A stretch of DNA of 62,334 bases, filler included, from Choristocarpus tenellus KU-1152 (taxonomy: Eukaryota > Protista > Phaeophyceae), in the NCBI GenBank assembly GCA_964200185.2. It is 10 parts of 10 records of this genome, joined end to end, with 100 filler letters (N's around TTAATTAATTAA, not from the genome) between each part and the next. Parts side by side here need not be neighbours in the genome. Positions count along the whole stretch, not along the records: positions 12,097 to 20,481 come from CAXNAD020004782.1; positions 20,582 to 25,941 come from CAXNAD020011040.1; 8 more parts are not named here. One strand, 5' to 3'. The position numbers and the translations under genes were made by a program. Shown here piece after piece: positions 12,185 through 24,797 of this stretch; position 1 is the stretch's first letter; each line of letters begins with the position of its first letter. The notes beneath the pieces are model-generated. The model worked only from the letters and a program-made list of their open reading frames with translations. It had not been told where the DNA came from and did no database searches.

Positions 12185-15015
12185 GGGAAGCGGTTCAGTG
12201 AGTGACTGGTGGAAATGGTGATATGATATGATAAGAGGTTGGGAGGGGGGAAAGAGGGGGCTAGAATCGTATATTTTTCCTCAATTTTCCCCCCTTTGTT
12301 CACAGCATGGGAGTGAGCAGAAGGCCTTCCTTGTTCAAGCAAGGAGGGTGTTATTCTTGTTGGTTGTTCTGGTAGTGGTCTTGTTGAGTAACCAAAAAGA
12401 GAAATGGTGTATGGGGGGTGGCCATGGTGGGCATGGAGGAAAAATCTGGTGCTGACAGCTTTGAGCAGCGTCCTAGGCAGTTTGAGATTGAGGTGGCATT
12501 ATGGTAGAAGGGGTCCTGTGTAGCCCGAAAGGAAGGGTGGATTTGGTAGGGGGGTAAATCGTCGGACAGAGGAGATGTTGGTTTCAACTGCAAAGATAAT
12601 GATGGCATGTTGTACGTAGTGGATGTCATGTGATGTTGGGGAGGGAGAAGGTATGTGGGGTTACACATGCACATGTGTATGCAACTCATTTTTAGCAGTA
12701 CACACATATTTTTTTCAAATAGTTGAAAAAGACTCAGAAAAAGATACTGACATTTTTTTTTTAATCTCATTGTCTACCTACCGTTCCTTGCAGAGTTGCG
12801 TTTTGAAGGATGCTTGACAAATCTGTCCAAAATTCGTCTGTTTTTACGAATGCGTACAGGATATTTTCTGAATCGCGTCGAATTTTTTCAAGTATAGAAT
12901 CAAGGTTCTCAAGTCAAACTTAGCACTTCATCCATAGATTGCGAAAGGTTAAAAAAAAAACTTAAAAATGCAAAACGGTCAAAACCTTGGTGCCTCTCTT
13001 TTCACTTTGACTCAGTCTGATTCGTCCAACCCTTTACTTCTGCTTTTTTTGCTATGTTAGTTCCACTGTCTGCTACTGCTGCTACTTGCTTGACGGTTTC
13101 ATCTTTGTGTACATACCCATCTGTCATCACTGCGGAGCAACACAGAAAAAGTAATAAAACAGGAATTTTGAGAAAAATAAGTACATGTTGGGTGTCTTCT
13201 TTTCAGTACATTATTAGCCGTTCCCTTGCTATTTGAAATTCACACTATCATATCGCTTTTTGTGCAGAGTAGATAGTTGTGCCCTTTAAAATCGGTACTC
13301 CTCCGTTCCACAAACAAGATGACACGGTGAATCAGCAAAGAGAGACCCGATCCACAATAAATCTGCACAAAAAAATGTTTAGATGATGACTCGATGAGTT
13401 GTTGAGAAAGGGAAGAAGAGGGGGGGGGGGGGGGGGGGGGGGGGGGAGGAAAAGAAAGAAAGGGGGGGTGTTTTTTTGTGTTTTTTTTTTTGCACNNNNN
13501 NNNNNGGGCTGGGGGAAGGGGGGGGGGGGGGGGGGGGGGGGGGGGGTGGTGTCGGAAATAGAGTAAAAACTGGTTGGTATTTTTAGTAGTTTTTTTTCTC
13601 GACAACCCCATGGTCATCATTCATATGACGGTGATGCATAATGTAGAACATCGTGTATGCTCCAGAAGAGTCTACCGGCATGAAGCTGCCGCAATGTTGA
13701 TTGCTATGCATTCTGGAGCGTATTTGGCATAGTATGCATTATATGCATGGGACACGTGTGCTTATTTCGCGTCTCCTGTCTGCAGTGTTCTCTCCCCCCC
13801 GTCCACATCATCAATCGTATATTTTAGTTGTGATACAGTCATGAACAGGATGGATCATATTATTAATACAAGGATACTCTTAGGCATTTTGTGTCAATAG
13901 TGTTGTGATATTATTTTTGAGTTCATTCATCTTTATTACCATTGGCATGTTGCGGGCACATACAACGTTGTCAGGGTGAAATAGAGCACAACATAACACA
14001 CAACCAAATCAATAATAGGGTCTGTGTTATTTATGATCATTTTAGAAAATATATTATATTGTTGATCACGCTTTTTTTTTTTTACGTTCTATCATGGACT
14101 AATGGCAACTGGCAGGGGGTACTGGAGCAACTGCGACAGCTCTATTGCAAGGGTTGATGTACTGCATTTTTTCTTTGTATGGCAATAGCAGTCGTATGAT
14201 ATAATAGCTTCACATGCACTCAAAATGCCTCAAACGGTGACTGCCGGACTTCCACATACCACACTTCTGCTAGCTACCTGTTTCTTTGAAAAACAAAAAC
14301 AAAAAAAACACAAACACATACACACCTTTGAATTCATGTCAAAAAAAAAAATGAAAGGGCGAAAATGATGGCATCAAGTACAATTACAAGTATAATTAAT
14401 CCCCCCACTGCCCAAAGAGTATACATACGGCCACGTCAATGAACACAGTCGCACAAACAGGAACAACCTGAAGAATCTGAAAAAAACGACAGTGATGTGT
14501 ACGGGTGAGTAACTAGCTTATCGTGCTGAGGACTGTAATTAGTATCATATTTACAGCCGTTTGCACTTCTGCAAAGTAGAGGCGTTCTTTGACCAGTACT
14601 ACCATAGGTACAAAAAAAAGTTAACAACCTGCACATTGTGTACTTTATGGCAATGTTTTTTTAATTCCTGGTTTTGCTTGTATAATACACCACTTTGCGA
14701 CAAACTCTTACGCCACATGTTGAAGTTGAGGTGCAGCTGTAAAGTCTACTTCTCTGCTGGGGGAAAAAAGCAGTTTGACAACTCTCCCCTTGCAACTCAT
14801 CTGGGCTTACATCGGCTGTCTTGTATCCTAACCTTGGATGGGGATCGATCGAGTCCCGAGAGCAACCACTGCTCACGATGAGAGATACGCAAAATTTATA
14901 GGAAAATAAACAAATTCCATTGAAGAGACAAGCCCGAATCAGGTGCGTTGTTGTTGCACTTGTTCCAAATGCTATTTATTTGTGGTGGGAAGAATGGAGA
15001 GAGTTTATCGTCCAT

Positions 15016-18000
15016 CTATTTATCCTTTTTCGTGAGCTCCATGAGTATGCTTCCTGCTGGCGTGAAGTATGCGCTGCCCATTCCAATGAGACGTAGAGGA
15101 ATGGGCTTAGCCAGGATACCCTTGGGGTCACCGGCAATGCGAAGCCATGACGAGCTCAAAATTATGGACAGCATCTCCTTGACCTGATCACAGAAGGAAG
15201 ACGGCTATCGAGGTTATAGTGTGTCCTTTGAAAGAATAAATAAAAATGGGATTCGCTGTTGTTTCCGCTGAGGGCGATGGATTCGTCTGCGTGGCGCAAG
15301 GTGACACACTACTGCTCCTGCGTCGGTTGATAGTACAGAAAAGGGCGGCGATGCAGACGAGGCAATGTGCGCATGCATACCTCCATGAGAGCAAAGTGCT
15401 TGCCCAAGCAAGTGTGCAGTCCGATCCCGAAGGGGAAGAAGCGACCGTGAGAGTTAACTTCTGAATCTCCGCCACAGGTACCGGGACGGGCACTCCTCGG
15501 GTCGTTGCCCTTCAGGTGACGATGGAAATGGATTACGCGACACCCAACAGTGCTGGTTACAGCATATATGTATCTCTCTGAGTGAGAGTATCTTAGAGGG
15601 TACGAGTTTTGCCCTGTTTGTCCCTTTGGGGCTTGGCTTCCCATGTTTTTTTTTTTATAATGACATTTTCCTACTTCAAAATGTTTAGGAGTAGGTAAAA
15701 TGTCTACGTTATGAAAAGGAGTGTCCGGAACATGGATATTGGCACTTCTTAACAAAAACACGATAGCCAAAATTAGATCAAAATCGCAACCTTGGATTTT
15801 GACCCCCAAATGGACGCGGCTCTACCCTCCAAGATACTTTGGCTCTCTCCAGGTACAGGTACTGTTGCAAGCGAGAGTTCTATAAGCGGGGATATCTCTG
15901 CATCAATGGCGCCATGTAGTAGGATGCCACCGTCCCATGTGAACTTGCAGCTGAAATCGTCGCACTGCCGAGCTTGGATTAAAAAAGATAACACTGGTGA
16001 ACTACCGGGTTCGTTTCATCCTACTTGTGAGTCAAATGGGGTACCCTGAAAGTCTTGTAAGACCTGTTGGTTGGAGGCCCGACATAATGCTCCGGCAGAG
16101 GAAAATACTAGAGGATTGCTGGTCCACCGTTCAGGCTCGAAGGAGTCAGCAGAGCGCCATGTCTTGTCATTTGTGTGAAGGAATACTTGACCAATAAAGA
16201 CCTTGGTGCCCTGTGGTGGTAGGAAGGGGAAGAAAAAAAAGAACAAAGGGGTGGAAAGTGTATGGTGCTAGCTAGTAGTCAATATGTAGGGGGAGAAAGG
16301 AAGACGGATGCAGCCTAAGCGCGTCAAACCGACAGAGAGGTAGGGTTAGGGTTAGGGTTGTTGCATTTTATGGATCCCGAGAAGGGGAAAAAATGTGAGA
16401 TTTTGTGCAAATATTGACGAGAGATTTTCCTGAATTGCGGTGTCGCTTTGTGTGTGGGAAGTGGAAGGAATATCAATTTTGCGTAAGCTATTGTATGCAT
16501 AGAGTAACGAAGTGGAGTTTTGCTCAGGGTAAGAAAGATGGTTTAAATGGCAAAAGGGTTCAAACCTGCCTACCTCTAAATTGGTTTGACTCACAGCTCA
16601 ATTCTTTTGTACCAGGGTATTGTAACACACCAGTCCATCTACCTCACGTAGAGTAATAACTGTGGCACAAAAAACTAGGTACTATACGCAGTGGCTGCTC
16701 TTTGATCCTAAACAATCATCAATCTGGCAAAGCTGTTTGATTCCTACATAGACACTACCTACGCCAGAGTTCACCTACCCCTTCAGACAGTACCACTCCA
16801 AGCAAAACAAACTAGCAGTTTGCTTTTGCATCTATATGCCCAAGCCCTTTCCATTCCTACCTATTTTCATCCAAGGGGATCTCAAGAACAGGGGGATCAC
16901 AAAACATTGGGGAGGAATTGTCCTTGCCTTGCGTCATATTTTACGATCATGTCAAGCTTCAGTGGGACATCACCTACTCCAGAACTTGTAACTCTGCAGG
17001 CGACATGTCTATTTTCTATTGTTAGACTGGAGCAAACCTTCTTGATGTTGATAACGCTGCTTGCACCTTGAATAGTGTCGTCACATAATGCTTTTCGCGG
17101 ATAGAGGGTAGGCACCGGAGGGTACATCCGTAAACTCTCCTAGTTTTGTAAGAAGTGAGAGATGTCAAGGAGTGGGCAGTCAGCTGCTGTTGCCTCAGGT
17201 TGTGGGATCCCGGAGACCTTTGCATGAAGAAGGAGATACGACACTGTTTATTCCATATTGTCCGGTTTAAGTATGTCATACCTAGGGCCCTAAAAATATA
17301 CTACTACATGTAGTGTATATTTCCATGCATAAAGTATTAGGACAACATATGCTTCATTAATTTTGTGGTCAGTAGACAACCCTCGTCTAGATATAATTGA
17401 TTTGGACCATTGCTTGGTTGTGCAAACAGGAAAAAAGCACCCTCTTCCCTCAATGCCACCATGGCTGTGTGCAAAGTGCTATTGGCAAGCCCTGCAGCAG
17501 TATATATCTGCAACTTAGCGCCTCACAATGCAAGGGTCGGTTCGCGTTACCTTTACGGCCATTTCTCTGTAAGTGGGATCCTTTGATGCTTTTTCTTGCG
17601 CTTCACGCCCAGTAACTGCCACGTTTACCAGGGTCCAAAGCAATGCAAATGTAGGCGTGACAGAAAGGAAGAAGAGACCAACATTGCCGCGATGCTGATC
17701 TGCTGTCCAAGAGCCGTCCTCTGCGAGCTGACGCATTTTGGCGCCAAGAGTTCCTGGTCATAGGACCGGAAAAAATGTTTTTCAACTGTAAGAGTGAGGC
17801 GTGTCCTGCACTAAAAAATTATGAGAGCCGCAGCACACATCGGAATGCGGAGTCTTGATTTTTTTTTAATGTTGTGCAGTGTCAGGACGAGTAATTACCA
17901 GCTTTCGAGTTCTCCATGGCGTATTTCTTGTATTCCTCGAGGAGGCTATACTGCTTACGTCCAATTTTCGATCCACTCGAACCATTAGTGATGGAGAAAT

Positions 18001-18924
18001 TGATAGCATCAGTAAACTCCTGGAGTTTTGCTCGGCCAAGTTCGATGCCAAAGAAGGCTTGCATGTGGGTGTCTACGATGAGGAGTAGCATACTGGGGTA
18101 GAGGTCGAGTGTGCATTTGGTTTCGTTCTCCTCGAAAAACCACGTCTCCATGTGCTTCTTGGTAACTTGAACTACCACAGGCAGTAGACTTTGACACTCG
18201 TCGGTGAAGAAAGGTGTGAGAGTAGTTCTTGCCAATCTCCACAAGAGGTGGTGGTCACCAGAGTCTGCACGGAGCACGATTGAAATTATTGTCGAGGGGA
18301 GGGCAAATAGAATCATGGTTTCAGAAGACAATACTTCCAGAAGTAGTAGTACTATATCATTCTTGATGCGTAGGTTTAAGAAAGATTGCAGCCAGTTGCA
18401 AGGATAATGGTGGTGTAATGAAAACTATTAGCGTTTGTAACTGAGCCCTGACAAATTGGACAAGGCGTACCTAGTATTGAGTTGTCAAAGACAAGACTCC
18501 CGATGCTCATCTTTTCGTATTTTTCTTTGTTGGAGCTGAGGACATGGTGAACCATTAGGTCATCGTTCAACCAGACTGTGCCAGCGGAGGGTAGTGCTAG
18601 GTGGTCGTCTCCAGTTTGTGCCAAGTGCCGATAGAGGACGTTGAACAGCGAGTTGGGTGCTGCGAATATTTCTGCTGCGACCCGCCGTTGCTTCGTGTAC
18701 ACTCCAGTCGTTTGCCAGTAGGGGTAGCTGTACACTGTAAACACCATATTTAGCAATAGCAGGGTGGTCATACCCAACAGCATCTTCACTTCGGCAACTC
18801 CGTAGAATACTGCACCAACTTGAGCCAGGTACAACACAATAGATGCAAGGGTCAGCCTTCCTGGCCTCAGAAAGTAGTGGCGGTATATCCAGCTGTCGCG
18901 AAGGTCAGCTACGTTGAGCACCAT
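15016..18924 (-). CDS. Cytochrome P450, about 520-535 aa, 7 exons: 18924-18471, 18264-17899, 17753-17551, 17139-17038, 16210-about 16050 (donor uncertain), 15509-15381, 15183-15016
   Basis: GT-AG splicing gives the C-helix WRLARTTLTPFF, E-helix DLYP...DTHMQAFFG, K-helix K|ESLRMYPP, IKK|GTKV, meander FEPERW, the heme motif FFPFGIGLHTCLGKHFA, and TAG at 15016-15018. The N-terminus has hydrophobic segments. Phases agree at all junctions except the unresolved exon-5 donor. Confidence 0.93.
15580..15845 (+). mobile_element. MITE family A copy in a P450 intron; 3-bp flanks TCT/TCT
   Basis: TIRs gagtgagagtatcttagagggta ... taccctccaagatactttggctc. Confidence 0.9.
16321..16592. mobile_element. MITE family B copy in a P450 intron; left TIR interrupted by telomere-type repeats
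   Basis: It is the reverse-complement homolog of 11361-11621. Confidence 0.75.
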
Positions 18925-19549
18925 GGCTACGGGCGATGGGCGATTGATTAGAGCGGGCTGAGTGGAAGTGGGGCAGGACGGGTTCCTACTACTCTGTCCA
19001 ATATTATTTCGAGTTTCATTCGTCTCCTTCCTGCCCAATAGGACATGCAATGATCGCCACGAGGGTAATACATTACATTTTACAATGTAGTTCTTGGAGT
19101 ACGCAATGTGCATAATATCTTACACTATATGATACATACATGCTTACATTATAGTTGTGAGTGTTAGTAGGGAGAGTGAAGTTATTGGGTACAAATATTA
19201 CTGATTAAAAAAAAATACCGTGCAAAATAACCATCAACCTTCAGATCCTCTCTTCAATTTTCAACCAAAACGGAAAAACAAAAAAACGCTATAAAAAGAA
19301 TGGAGAAAAAATGTTGTGTGAGATGTGGCAAGTATACCACAAATTCACTGTTAACACTAGACACCTCCTAATAATGTTTCAAGTAGACCTCTACAAAACA
19401 TAGGTGGGTTAACGCTTCCATAATAATACTGTGGAAACGATGTGTGTGTATGAAGTGAGGAGGTGAAACTCAAGAGTAACTTAGTACCCCGGAGTAGTAG
19501 TTGTGTTTTTTAATGCCCCTTTGACTGCTGTGATAGTCATGGTCCAGAG

Positions 19550-20400
19550 AATGCAATTGATTTCTTACCTGGACTTGAAAATATTTCAAAATGGACCATA
19601 ATAAAACAAAAACGAAGTAGTGGAAGAAGGGAAGTAAATAAATAAAATGGGGAAGAAGGGAAGGAAAGGAATGAAATGGAAGAATAGAACCTGCACGAGA
19701 GAAACACCATCACCCCGAAAAAACGAAAGGGGAAGAGAAAGAAAGTAAACCAAGGACGCAAGAGAATAAGACACATAGAAAACAGCACTCCATAGACAGT
19801 GGTGGTGGTGGTGGTGGTGGCTTGGGCGACCTTAGCTGCTGGTTGGTGAGACGTAGGTCAGCTATCACAGCTTCCTTGGAATGCCATTAGGTCATGAACC
19901 TCGCTGTGTCGTCAGCCACACCCGCATACCACTCTTGTTGGGTAATGGCTACTCCTCTGGTGCTCCGATCCTCAACTTCAATCCCAAACTTGTCAAGGTC
20001 GTCTTGGAGATATGTACCCATCAGTTCTTCTCCTAACCACCTTGCTTCCATTTTCCACTCACAGATCCCCAACAAACATCCACACATTGGGAAGTTGCTC
20101 GTGCGAGTAACTGACACAGTGGATAGGGGCCTCCACCTGCGCGCCATTGCCTCCACATTGTCAATTTAGTTTTCATTGAACAGCATCTGTAAAGGAGAGG
20201 AGATGATCAGTGTGTTCCCGTTTGCGGAAAGCAATGCAACGAAAGAGAGGAACATATGATGATGTGAGCAGACCTTCAGATAATGAGCCCGGTAGAGTGT
20301 CCACTTCATACAACAATAGAACATAATTTCAAATACTTCAGTTGTTAGGAATCAAATTTTATAATCAAGTGAGACAGCTGAGGTCCTGTCATTAAGAACT
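19550..20400 (-). mobile_element. Decayed LINE (RTE-like) 3' fragment: C-terminal region of the reverse-transcriptase ORF plus 3' UTR
   Basis: Translates as EVFEIMFYCCMKWTL..HY...HH / RCIAFRKREHTDHLLSF ... LQDDLDKFGI...EWYAGVADDTARFMT*W, typical of post-RT LINE C-termini. It shares sequence with 34390-34960. Confidence 0.75.
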
Positions 20401-21329
20401 TGGTATATATCAAACTGGGTGTGAATCGTGTGATTCTGTGGCGGCGTGGTTCACTCAGGCAAGGGTGGCGAAGAGAATCACNNNNNNNNNNNNNNNNNNN
20501 NNNNNNNNNNNNNNNNNNNNNNNNNTTAATTAATTAANNNNNNNNNNNNNNNNNNNNNNNNNNNNNNNNNNNNNNNNNNNNCTATCTGCTTACCGCATTT
20601 TCTCCTCCCAATCAAGCCAATAATCTCTTGGCCTGATTGAGGGCTGCAGTATTAACTTCCCTTGGTCATTTGGAGTCCCTCTCCTCCTGGGGTGAATGGT
20701 AGTGACACCGTGAGTAATGATCATCCACTCTATAGGTGCATTTCTATTTTAGACACAGTGAGGGAATACTGAAGAAGAGCTTGGGGGTGGGATAAGAACT
20801 TACAAAGGACTACATTCTTCAAGCTATTTCGAAGGCCTGGTAAGCCAGTCACCTCGGGATGGAAAATAATAGGCACAGAAACAGGTCGACGAAATATTAT
20901 AATCGTTTTGTGTCGATAGATCAAACATTCGTGGGGGAATCGGGGGTGGAAAAGAAAAGAAACTAAGTCGGAAACTATTGAAATGCGAACTCCAAAACAC
21001 AGACCTGGGGTCAACTTGGTTAGAGCGATAGAAAACGCTACGACTCAACTCTACTGCAATTGTTATTATACTCCCCACGATTTAAAATTTAAGTAATTAA
21101 ATCTACGCAAATTTCATATCCACTGTGGAATGCAGCGAGGTTGGGACAAGGCTCAGGGTATCTGTGGCACGAGAACTCACCAGGTCGTGGGCGGACATCA
21201 CGGGCAGAGCAATCTTGGAAATTTTCATGCGTCAGAAAATGTCGAACTTACCTATGTTCCATATGCATGGGCATAGGATAGTTACACTTTTGCTCAACGA
21301 CGTAAAGTTGAGTGAGGCAAGTGTTTCTA

Positions 21330-21589
21330 GAGTCAAAGTATCTTAGTTGTAGGGCCGCGTCCATTTGGGGGCCAAAATCCAATGTTGCGATTTCCATGTT
21401 ATTTTATCTGTTGCATTTGTTAGGAAGTGTCAGTATCCTTGTTCCGGACACACCATTTCATAGCATATACATATTACCTACTCCGAAACATTTTAGAGTG
21501 TGCAAAATACCATAAAAAAAACCCATGGGAAGCCAAGCCCCAAATGGATAAACAGGGCAAAACTCGTACCCTCTAAGATACTTTCACTT
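21330..21589 (-). mobile_element. MITE family A copy (reverse orientation)
   Basis: Ends gagtcaaagtatcttag ... gtaccctctaagatactttcactt, with internal homology to the other copies. Confidence 0.88.
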
Positions 21590-22319
21590 TCTAGTTTCCT
21601 AGTGTCAGGATCAGATGTACTCAAACTGTGACAGGTTTGTCAAACAAAGAACAAAGTCGCGTCGAAAAGGAGATTAATCTACCGTTCTACCCACCTCCCT
21701 TCCTGTCAAGTATTGGGTCTGATGCTCAATCTGAGAGACATGGGATTTGAGTTTCCCACACGAGCCAACAGAATCCGTCAATGTCTCGGTTTTGTCCTTG
21801 GGCAGCCAGGACCTAAAAATTGATCATGAAACGAGGGACCAAAAAAGAAAGAGGATTTTCTTGTTCTTCGTTTCCACCATAGAAGGCGTTTTGGAGACTG
21901 GGGGTTAGGGCTGTATGTGGTGGGTGGAATGTGTATTTATCAACGTAAGGAACTGACCCAAAGCAACACAAGCAGCCTACGATTAGCTAATCAAAAGTCA
22001 TCCAGATCAAAACAAGGGAGCTACTCAACAGCCATGGGCAGGAGGGAACGAAGTGCGTACTGCTTCAGAGGTTCGTACCCTGAAGGAGGTCTCAACAACC
22101 CACTTTAACTACCCAGAAAACAACACTCGCAATTACAAATCAACCACAAAATGATTGCAATGACAACCAGTGTGTGTTCCACTAATGGCAGGATAGCCAT
22201 AATTTAATTGCCCACCACTACGGTCTGTGCGCCTCTCTCATTGCCCAATGCTCTTTGGTTTTGCGCTTGGATTTACCATTACTTACCATAAATAACATTG
22301 CTGTTGTGTCGTGAATCGT

Positions 22320-24450
22320 AGCGATTGGATCGGTCTGATTCGACCAGGAATCGACCTGATTCGACTATATCGCAGTTTATTTCAAAGCCGAAATTTTTGG
22401 GACGACACAAGGAAAAAAGGACCGAATTGTGTAAGACTGCAATAGGCCATGAGTAGGTACCCTGAAGACAGTGAGGTTGGGCTCCTGGACGAGCATTGCG
22501 TTAACATCGATCCATCTGACGGATATGCCCTTCCTCATGTGGAGCTTGAAGGTAAGAAAGTTGAAGGTCTAGATGAATCAGAGCCTGCCTTGAACGTGCT
22601 TGAAGGAGTAGCTAAAAATGAATTTCAATGGATGGAGGCTAGTATCTGTTGCTTCTTTAGTGTGTATGCGAGGGGGGGAATGCTCAATGTAGCTGTGTGC
22701 TCACTATGTGTGTGAAGAATGGTGACCGCTTAAGATCTGAGATGAAGCTGGGAGATTTGAAGCGGGCCACCAACGCTAGAAATTACCAGCAGAGCTCCAA
22801 GCCTGGGCACAGAGAAGCCTTTCATGAGTTGCAGGGGGTCGGGATCGAAAATTCCCTGTCAGGTGGTCAGCAACAAATAGACCCATATTTTTCGGACAAG
22901 CCGCCAGAGCCGTTTCATCGCCATGAACGATCGACCACTTAGGGTGAGACGGTCTTACATCCCAGCCTGTTGCATATTGCTCTACCTACCTTCGCATCGT
23001 GGATATCGATTCCATACTTGTTCTCCAATCTTTGAGGTTGTAGTCATCTACAGGTGCTATTTTACAACGTCCTCTTCGACATCACAATGGACTATTGCCT
23101 CGATAACCATCCCTCCACCTTAACGTTCTGACGGCAGGTCGTGGAAAGTGTCGACTTCAAGGAAATGGTACATGCCTTGAACAACAGGGTAACCATACCC
23201 GATCGTTGTCGACTCCTTCATACTCTGAAAAAGGGAGGTCAAGGAAGATCTGCAGATCAAGGTCATCGAGAAGCTTTCTGATAAGGATTTGTCCATCAAC
23301 TTTCACTCTCTCACCATGTCCAGCATCGATGACAAGTTCGTGATTACCTCTCTCTTTCTCTCGATCTGAACTGCATCCGCGCTCAAGCATAATGGCAGAA
23401 GCAGATCTTGTTTTAACCTGGTAGAAATGTTAGAAAATCAAAGACTTACTGCAAGGGTAAAAGCGTTTGTGATAGACTGTAAGCCACCCATGGTGAAGAT
23501 GGGGCGGTTACTGAAGGAAGATCACCGCATCATCACCCATCATTGCATAAATCACTGTTTGGAGTGTATGGTGGGTATTGCCTTCAACGGTGAGGAGCTA
23601 AAGAAGCCGTTAAATCAGATCTTGGGCAGCAGGTGCATATTCCAAGTACGGTCGGCGCAACAAGCGCTGAGAGAAAATGCGTAAAATATTGACAATCGAG
23701 CCCAAGTGGGTGATGCAGGATGTGCCAACTCATTGATGGTCCACACATTCGATGGTGGAGCTCTTCCTATACCTTGAACCTGCTATCATTGTTCAAGAGA
23801 ACATTGATAGTAATCCAGGAAGCATGTCGACATTTGAGTGGGAGGTAAGCACTTGGTATGGGAATGTGGCACAGAAATGGAACGTTCTTGAAGGAGGACT
23901 GGCCACTGCCTACACTCCGATCATGACAGGAAAGACAAGGAGATGGTTATTCATTGTACTGCACACAATAACAGGCGTGCAGATGGAAATTTCCCCTAAC
24001 CCAGCCAATGTGAGTACTGTCTAAAGCGTAACAATTGTTGATGAGACGGGTTTCGTATTTTTCGGGCAACCTGGCTGCAGAGCACCCACCTGCACATGGG
24101 ATCTGTTCACCATCTGTTAGCTCACCCACATCCAGTCGAGGCCGACAACAACAACAGGAGAAGTTGAGCAACAAGGATCAAGAACACTCCTTCTCAACAT
24201 TCATGGTGGTGATAGACATAAGATATTCGGAACGAGAATTGTAAGAATTGCAATGCTCAGCTCCTCAGAGAATAAGAGGTATCTTCGTGTGGATCTGGGG
24301 CGAACGTACCTTACTCCCTACCAAGAAAGCTTGGTTGGCAATAAGACAACGGAGCGCACCTGTACTTTCGACAAAATAGCAAATTTGAGGCAACGAAAAC
24401 TGAGGATTTGATTTTACTATCTAAAGCCAAGAATGGGCAGTAGTCTAGAA
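22320..24450 (+). mobile_element. Decayed hAT-superfamily transposase (boundaries approximate)
   Basis: Motifs in order: BED-finger-like VAVCSLC/VKN...ATN...H (frameshifted), FKEMVHALNNRVTIPDR, FVID...MVK, HHCINHCLE (CxxH), and QDVPTH*WSTHSM (cf. DVxTRWNST..ML). Short reiterated ATCGA/TTCGA motifs at 22320-22372 resemble subterminal repeats. Confidence 0.8.
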
Positions 24451-24538
24451 GGGTGGTACTACGTAAGGCATTTCAGGTTCCTAAACTTCCCTTGCGCATC
24501 TTGAATACTAGGACTCTGCAACAAGATGGAGGCCAATT

Positions 24539-24797
24539 GAGTGAAAGTATCTTAGAGGGTACGAGTTTTGCCCTGTTTGTCCATTTGGGGCTTGGCATCC
24601 CATGGAGTTTTTAATGACATTTTTCTACTCCAAAGTGTTTCGGAGTAGGTAAAATGTATACGTTATGAGAAGGTGTGTCCGGAACAAGGATATTGACACT
24701 TTGTAACAAACACAAGGACCAAAATTACATCAAAATCGCAACATTGGAATTTGATCCCCAAATGGACGCGGCCCTACCCTCTAAGATACTTTGGCTC
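24539..24797 (+). mobile_element. MITE family A copy
   Basis: Near-perfect TIRs gagtgaaagtatcttagagggta / taccctctaagatactttggctc. Confidence 0.92.

Noticed and set aside
12049-13620. Poly-Pro/poly-Gly ORFs (also 38636-39025 and 58100-58331)
   Set aside because: They come from G/C homopolymer tracts next to gaps and are of doubtful sequence quality.
14461-14881. Possible two-exon 3' gene end on the + strand, convergent with the P450
   Set aside because: The donor at 14505 is good but the acceptor is weak, two frames are equally open, and no family is recognised.
15309-15809. 166-aa ORF as an independent gene (likewise 15773-15994, 21312-21515, 24675-24869, 43686-43925, 59746-60070)
   Set aside because: These read through the family A MITE; only 15509-15381 is a real P450 exon.
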